DNA from: Cyclobacteriaceae bacterium | GTDB lineage: Bacteria; Bacteroidota; Bacteroidia; Cytophagales; Cyclobacteriaceae | Length of the DNA stretch: 64,000 bases | NCBI GenBank assembly: GCA_049115735.1 | Contig: JAGDZP010000009.1 | Coordinates: forward strand, 36,355 to 100,354 | Reading direction: 5' to 3' | The notes under the pieces: model-generated | The model's input: only the letters and a program-made list of their open reading frames with translations | The model's database searches: none | Told to the model about the DNA's origin: nothing | Position numbers and translations under genes: made by a program | Shown here: piece after piece, positions 59,701 to 64,000 of the stretch | Layout: each line of letters opens with the position of its first letter | Position numbering within the stretch: the first letter of the stretch is position 1

Positions 59701-61798
59701 TTAATATCCAATCAATACCAAACGATTCACCAGTACCAAAGAAATCCCCAGCGTTACAACCATTGACCAAAAAGATTGGATACCTACCTTTGTTGTCATA
59801 CCCAAATGCTGGATCGGAAACAATTCCAACTTCGATATCGGTAACACTCGCTCCCGAATGACCGAAGAAGGTGATGAGGCTTACTCCTTCGTTTATTTCT
59901 TTGGTTATGTTGATGAATTCAACAGCATCGTTCGTTTTTTTGCTTGTTTTTGTCACCGAGGCACCCATAAGTGGTCCTGTTGCAATTTGTTCAAACTGCT
60001 CACCAAATCGTTGAAAAGTAACAAGTTCGGCCTCATTTTGCCCACCGGTGAGGTGGATGATGTTTTTATGCCAAAGGTCATTATACACCAGGCTTTCACT
60101 TTCTATTACCTTATTCAAATATGCCTGTACATCATCAGGAGTTTTTGCATTAATTCTTCCCGTTGGAATAGCCTCATCGAGTTTGGTTCCATTCAATCCT
60201 GCTGAGAAAGCAGCATCAGACCCAGGCTCTCCGAAAGTAGGGACGAAGTTTGTTGTAGCGGTTGTGGGATCACGCCTGAAGTAATTGTAACTATTGTTGG
60301 TAGCCCTGCCAATCAAAAACAAGTATTCAGGCTGGCCTGTTGAAAGTAGGAAATCACACAATCTGCGCACAGCAATAGGGGAGGTAAGTCCGTAGTTGAA
60401 CTGGTTATACACCTCGTCAATATTCAAAAGCAATACATTGTGCGATCCACCCGGTGCGCTTTCCCGATAGTCTTTGTAAGCATTTACCGGATCTGCCGAG
60501 CCGTTGGTAGTGTTTCCTCTCAGAAGCTTGTTACTTATAATAGTAAAATTGTAATCAGCCGGATCAATTTCGGTAAAAGTCACACTTTTGATTGATGCAG
60601 GTGAATGGAGTTCTGATTCTAAAGCCAGTGTTCGTGAAGCGGTTGTGTTCGAAACAATGGCTGTCAATTCCTGAAATGTGCTGTTGTACTCTATTTCTAC
60701 AGGGTTGCTTGATTGAGTGATATCCCAAATTCTACTATCCGCAGGAGGGTTCGATATTCGAATGAAAGATTTGTCTTGAACATTTATAGGTAATTCTATT
60801 TTCTCCTCAGTCAGTCCTGATAAGTCATAAGTCCTTGGATAAACCAATCGAATATGGGAAATGGCCTGTCTATCTGCAAACCCGTCTACGCCATTTACAG
60901 TTACTCTCACAGCCAGCTCTCCTCCGGATGATATATCACTCCATTCAATTTCCGAGCTAAATAGAAAATTTTCATCCCCATTAAAGGTGGCTGTTCCGAT
61001 ACTCCGTAAAGAACCTGTCGATTGACCAACGAATAATTCCGCACTATGCTGGTTATTATTACCACTGGCCAGAAGAATTTCGATGCTGGGTTTGCTACCG
61101 GTTGTAAAGCGATTGTCGATGTTTTGTATGAGGTGGTCTATAGAATTTCCCCTCGTTGCAAAGTTTCCTGTCCAACCTTCGGCAGCATCATACTGACTCA
61201 GTACAACATCATTACTAAACCCATAGCTTCTTCCTTCATGGTAGTTGTTGGTGAACAGTGCGACTATTTCCTTGTTGTAGCTCGGTTCGTCAGGCAGGTT
61301 GTCCACATTGTTCTCAAAGAAGGAGGTCATTCTAAGGCCAGTCTCCGCTGATAACTTATAGGTGAGGAAGTAAGCGGAGGTATCCGAAAATAGGTTATAG
61401 TAGGTATTCGGTTGATAGCCGGGTTCGATGTATAAATCTGTATCCGACGAACCATCGTTTCTTTGTCCATAGAATTCGAGATAGTCAGCTGGATCAAACT
61501 TACCATCCTGCTGTCCTTCGATAGTGATAGCTTGTTCTGTACCTTTGTAGAACAGCTGAACCCTTCTTGGATCTATCGAGCCGACTGGAATACCAGCATT
61601 GCTTAAATCATCATAGGTTATCCTGTGAATACCATTCTCAATTACTTCAATTTTAACGTATTGTTGGTTAAAGTCGATCCATTCATTGCCAAAGTTTTGA
61701 GCTATAGACTGATCGCAAATTATAGTGCTCAGCAGAAGCAATGCGAATAGTTTTATTCGGCTAACTTTATTTAATATCACCTTATTCCTTCTTGTCAT
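56735..61798 (-). CDS. Giant secreted clan-CD (C25 gingipain-like) peptidase-domain protein with a T9SS type-A C-terminal domain; PorU-like
   Basis: Signal peptide. The FFGHSGAS ... LVNGCNAGDF His-Gly/Cys dyad spacing matches clan CD. Near the C-terminus, NFYPYPNPFSSSTKFVF ... GVYLYKVYL is the TIGR04183-type CTD pattern, followed by an extra ~25-aa tail. Confidence 0.5.
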   Translation of the reverse strand: MTRRNKVILNKVSRIKLFALLLLSTIICDQSIAQNFGNEWIDFNQQYVKIEVIENGIHRITYDDLSNAGIPVGSIDPRRVQLFYKGTEQAITIEGQQDGKFDPADYLEFYGQRNDGSSDTDLYIEPGYQPNTYYNLFSDTSAYFLTYKLSAETGLRMTSFFENNVDNLPDEPSYNKEIVALFTNNYHEGRSYGFSNDVVLSQYDAAEGWTGNFATRGNSIDHLIQNIDNRFTTGSKPSIEILLASGNNNQHSAELFVGQSTGSLRSIGTATFNGDENFLFSSEIEWSDISSGGELAVRVTVNGVDGFADRQAISHIRLVYPRTYDLSGLTEEKIELPINVQDKSFIRISNPPADSRIWDITQSSNPVEIEYNSTFQELTAIVSNTTASRTLALESELHSPASIKSVTFTEIDPADYNFTIISNKLLRGNTTNGSADPVNAYKDYRESAPGGSHNVLLLNIDEVYNQFNYGLTSPIAVRRLCDFLLSTGQPEYLFLIGRATNNSYNYFRRDPTTATTNFVPTFGEPGSDAAFSAGLNGTKLDEAIPTGRINAKTPDDVQAYLNKVIESESLVYNDLWHKNIIHLTGGQNEAELVTFQRFGEQFEQIATGPLMGASVTKTSKKTNDAVEFINITKEINEGVSLITFFGHSGASVTDIEVGIVSDPAFGYDNKGRYPIFLVNGCNAGDFFGTGESFGIDWILTPDLGALGFMAHSSIAFSGNLRNYSKLFYEVAYADENFFAQSLGKIRQEIARRYQVNYGDNFFSASQIQQFVMQGDPAIKVFGAEKPDLDIVEENLTTETYTSSPLLAAVDSFYFDIDVKNYGKYSAEPFFVTIKRTLPNGSEIEYGPLEYDPILRQDTLRFNINNQLEEVAGNNTFEIILDEADNIDELDETNNSVKVEIFLATGSTFNILPQDNSIENQGTVDFYFQATDLLSGRREFLIEIDTAASFDSDYLIQRSFTEHVVTKASIDLEQEGALPSGTAIFWRTKFANPLPSEIDDWVTSSFVLQDADEGWIQAHSDQLDEAQSSGLTYDATNGVWDFLSNNTSLQINTFGPTHPSKNYQDVELFLDGINFYETNAPADPGCRNNTLNIVPFDYQSTVPYKPVNFGQADVLNNRVCGKVPQAIHNFTESEFGSGINPEVILDNIKDRDNVLIFSLGTLNYSTWPTTLKDKLVNLGINQSTIDGLEDGEPIIFYGSKGSPQGSATQLLALEAPKGEQELNLLSTISGSFFSGNLTSEIIGPALSYDTFKSEIDIANNNDSEVFDFSIYGVDLQNNEVLLFEHVQDASLDISSIDANTYPYLRLKLDLEDKVDLSPSQLQSWSIVYEHAPEGILLKRDNSGIETSISRQEGQEFRSEFTYWNVSKKNYADSVKLNFQVFNQETSVLYADSLKLQALNAGDSVNFDIDIQTLDRVGTNDLIMKIQTDQKEVHINNNNLRITDFFNVSDDQSNPILEVSFDGVFIMDGDIVSPNPQIKVSMKDENEYLFKDDTTGINISLRRPCDGCDFERVALSSPEITWVAASEDQDFEIDFNPGNLANGMYTLSVQASDETGNESGTEPYEINFEVINESTITNFYPYPNPFSSSTKFVFTLTGNDIPDDIKIQIMTVTGRVVREIFMQELGNIRIGNNITDYAWDGKDEFGDQLANGVYLYKVYLKNNGKEITHRSTSSDQAFKNGFGKLYLLR

Positions 61799-62906
61799 TC
61801 AATCCGGCTTTTAATGATATAACATGTGAATACGGAGATTCTGATTGATCTCCAATATCAGTTAGCGCATAGTCGATCGCTACATTGTTGAGCTTAATAC
61901 CAATTCCAAAATTTGGCTGAAACGTTTTATAACTACTACCATCGAAATCCTGGATGTCTTGAAATTGGCCAGCGCCTAATCTTAGAAAGAATTTGTCTTC
62001 ATAGCCTACTTCAGCACCAATGCGTGGATCAATAGCGGCGAAGCTAGATTTGACAAGTGTATTCCGCTGACCATCAAAGGTGATTTCCAGGTCAGTGGAG
62101 GCAAGGACGCTAAAGCTATTTTTAAAGTCCCATTTCCTATAAAAACCCAGAATAGCCCTTGGCAAAGTAATTTCCAATGACTGATCAGGAATGACATTAT
62201 TTGTCTGAGTGTATATATCAACAAGTAATTCTGAGTTGTGCGACCAGGCATTGAAGGTTCCACTAATGTCTTTAAGCATGAGGCCAACACCCCAGCTGTT
62301 AAAGCGTTTTTGAATCCCTGCATCCAGACCATATCCCCAGGAATTCGCAAAATTGCCTACGTTACGGTGTACTATTTTTACACTACCACCAACATCTACG
62401 CCGCTGAATATATTCAACCTTCGTGCGTAACTCAACAATATCCCATAATCAGCTGCAGAGAAGAAACGTATGTTGTCATAATTGAGTGCACCATTGGCAT
62501 CATACAGAAAGCGGGTGTCCGGAATGTCATCTACCCCAAACCGAATGACGGATAAGCTGATTACACTAACAGAATCAATTCTTGTTGCTATGCCGAGGTA
62601 GTCGTAGTTGGCTATGCCGGCAAAGTACTGCGCATGCATCAGGCTGCCCTCATAGTCGTGTTGGATATTGAGTAGGCCAGCCGGATTCCAATATCCGGAT
62701 GTCACGTCATCCGATACTGCAGTATAGGCATTGGCCATGGCCAGTGCTCTGCCACTGACGCCAATAGACAGGAATTCATTACTGTATTTAGGAGTGTTTG
62801 ATTGAGCCCATAACATCTGGCAGTTTATTACCAGTACAATCACCGCCAGGAATTTATTCACACTGTTACGTTTTCTTGTTGCAGACAAATCTATCAACAT
62901 TGCCAA
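61782..62906 (-). CDS. T9SS-associated outer-membrane beta-barrel protein (PorV/LptO- or PorP/SprF-like)
   Basis: Signal peptide. The SIGVSGRALAMANAYTAVSDDVTSGYWNPAGL N-terminal motif is typical of the FadL-like PorV/PorP barrels. Alternating beta-strand pattern. Overlaps the start of the giant peptidase gene by 17 nt. Confidence 0.5.
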   Translation of the reverse strand: MAMLIDLSATRKRNSVNKFLAVIVLVINCQMLWAQSNTPKYSNEFLSIGVSGRALAMANAYTAVSDDVTSGYWNPAGLLNIQHDYEGSLMHAQYFAGIANYDYLGIATRIDSVSVISLSVIRFGVDDIPDTRFLYDANGALNYDNIRFFSAADYGILLSYARRLNIFSGVDVGGSVKIVHRNVGNFANSWGYGLDAGIQKRFNSWGVGLMLKDISGTFNAWSHNSELLVDIYTQTNNVIPDQSLEITLPRAILGFYRKWDFKNSFSVLASTDLEITFDGQRNTLVKSSFAAIDPRIGAEVGYEDKFFLRLGAGQFQDIQDFDGSSYKTFQPNFGIGIKLNNVAIDYALTDIGDQSESPYSHVISLKAGLNDKKE

Positions 62907-63153
62907 TCGATTTCAAAGGAATACCCACATACTAATAGGTTTCTTTTGTTACCAAACGGACAACAATCTTGAAATACAATTGATTCCCTGTTTTTAGTTT
63001 GGAGCAAGTGTCGTTTGTTGGCATAGAGCCAGTGCTCCCGCTTGTCTGACGACAGTCAGCTCTCGTTACTCGCATGCTTTAGCACGATATCCCAGGGTGT
63101 TCAAACATGAGTTCCATTGGGCTGGATGAAACTGCTTCGCTTAACAGTTGATA

Positions 63154-63190
63154 CCAGCTTTACTAAACTTTTGAAGTTTAGTAAAGCTGG
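63154..63190. repeat. 37-nt inverted repeat CCAGCTTTACTAAACTT-TTG-AAGTTTAGTAAAGCTGG, copy 2 of the palindromic element
   Basis: Read directly. It shares a 28-nt core with 31035-31065. Confidence 0.7.
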
Positions 63191-63433
63191 TTAGAGGTTC
63201 GAAGGAGAAAGTCGTTTTGGTTTTACGGGCCCAAATCGGCCTGTAAATATAACTATATAAAGTAGCAGTATAATATTATAAAGAATAATTGTGTTTCAGA
63301 ACTATTTCTTGCTAGGTACTTGGCTTTGCAAGGTACTTTTGCCGTATAGAGTAGTGAGGTCAAAAATTAAAAGGATAAAAGTGATGGGAATATATTCATA
63401 TTTCCGTCACTTTTCTAAAGCAGAAAATGCATC

Positions 63434-63793
63434 ATGAAAATTGAAAACACACAAGTACAAATGCGGAAAGGGATACTTGAATATTGTATCCTAAAGATTA
63501 TTTCCAGAGGCGAAGTGTATGCATCTGATATGTTGGGGGAATTAACCTCCGCAAAAATTATGGTTGTTGAAGGAACACTTTACCCTTTGCTTACCAGATT
63601 GAGAAAATCAAATCTCGTTGGTTACAAATGGGTAGAGTCTAGCTCTGGACCACCGAGAAAGTATTATACACTTACTGATGAAGGAAAGGAGTTTTTGAAT
63701 AAGCTTGATGAAACCTGGAAGGAACTAGTAAGTTCCGCCCGGAAAATATCGAGTAACAAATCAAAGAAAAAAGAAACTACAACCATTAAATAG
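63434..63793 (+). CDS. PadR-family winged-helix transcriptional regulator
   Basis: GILEYCILKIISRGEVYASDM ... GTLYPLLTRLRKSNLV ... RKYYTLTDEGKEFL is a canonical PadR. Confidence 0.85.
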   Translation: MKIENTQVQMRKGILEYCILKIISRGEVYASDMLGELTSAKIMVVEGTLYPLLTRLRKSNLVGYKWVESSSGPPRKYYTLTDEGKEFLNKLDETWKELVSSARKISSNKSKKKETTTIK

Positions 63794-63842
63794 CAACCCC
63801 ATCTAGTCGGCGTTAACCGACAGCTCAAAAAATATAACAGCA

Positions 63843-64000
63843 ATGAAAAAGAATATAAGTATCAATATTAGCGGCATCATTTTTCACATAGAAGAGGATG
63901 GATACAGTAAACTTAAAGAGTACTTAGAATCCATCAATTCTTACTTTTCTTCCTACGAGGATAGCAGTGAGATTATAGCTGATATTGAAAGTCGGATAGC
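63843..64000 (+). CDS. 5' part of a PadR-partner HAAS-type sensor gene (in Bacteroidota usually the N-terminus of a long PspC-domain membrane protein); truncated by the window end
   Basis: MKKNISINISGIIFHIEEDGYSKLKEYLESINSYFSSYEDSSEIIADIESRIA matches the IEEDAY..L..YL..I..YF..YEDS.EI..DIE.RI N-terminus seen in PadR-adjacent PspC-domain proteins. Confidence 0.45.
   Translation, partial: MKKNISINISGIIFHIEEDGYSKLKEYLESINSYFSSYEDSSEIIADIESRI

Noticed and set aside
1-64000. CRISPR arrays, IS elements, integrases, prophage genes
   Set aside because: No direct-repeat/spacer periodicity was seen, and no transposase, integrase or phage structural motifs. The window appears to be stable chromosome.

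Overview
This window reads as a Bacteroidota chromosomal segment, likely Cytophagia- or Flavobacteriia-like. The evidence is T9SS components, a stand-alone nqrF, an ExbB/ExbD set and GntP/AI-2E transporters. It holds roughly 65 genes and one tRNA-Ser; I found no transposase, integrase or CRISPR array. Housekeeping genes (tatD, ansA, pntAB, pyrF, thiL, iscA, htrA, an ABC-F ATPase) are interleaved with three envelope-related accessory loci.

1. Coordinates 10034-20320 contain a run of secreted proteins: a zincin metalloprotease, a PQQ-like beta-propeller, and a 1062-aa signal-peptide-bearing WD40 protein fused to a caspase (C14) domain. These are followed by a secreted hypothetical, a small membrane protein and a stand-alone CHASE2-like membrane protein. 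This is my candidate for an undescribed extracytoplasmic caspase-based system.

2. Coordinates 31173-39710 form a minus-strand cluster of YjfI-like, PspA/IM30, a 48-aa two-TM peptide, a DUF4178-like protein, an RGG/SY-tailed lipoprotein, a polytopic membrane protein, a GPP34-like protein, a membrane-fused spermidine-synthase-like protein, NfeD and flotillin. It diverges from an XRE-HTH/S24-peptidase regulator, and a perfect 16-nt palindrome sits in the shared intergenic region.

3. Additional Psp-type modules are a 77-aa PspC-domain mini-protein (46939-47172) and a PadR regulator followed by a HAAS-type (probably PspC-fused) partner truncated at the window edge.

Other items are a 31-37 nt palindromic element present in two intergenic copies about 32 kb apart, a VOC gene split by an in-frame TGA, a lone radical-SAM/SPASM gene with GTCGAC-type repeats upstream, and a PorU-like C25/T9SS-CTD giant protein next to a PorV/PorP-like barrel. 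A putative sugar-acid/lactone catabolic cluster (Gfo/Idh/MocA, GntP, amidohydrolase_2, SDR, FAD-oxidase, GDPD-like lipoprotein) lies at 24342-30976.
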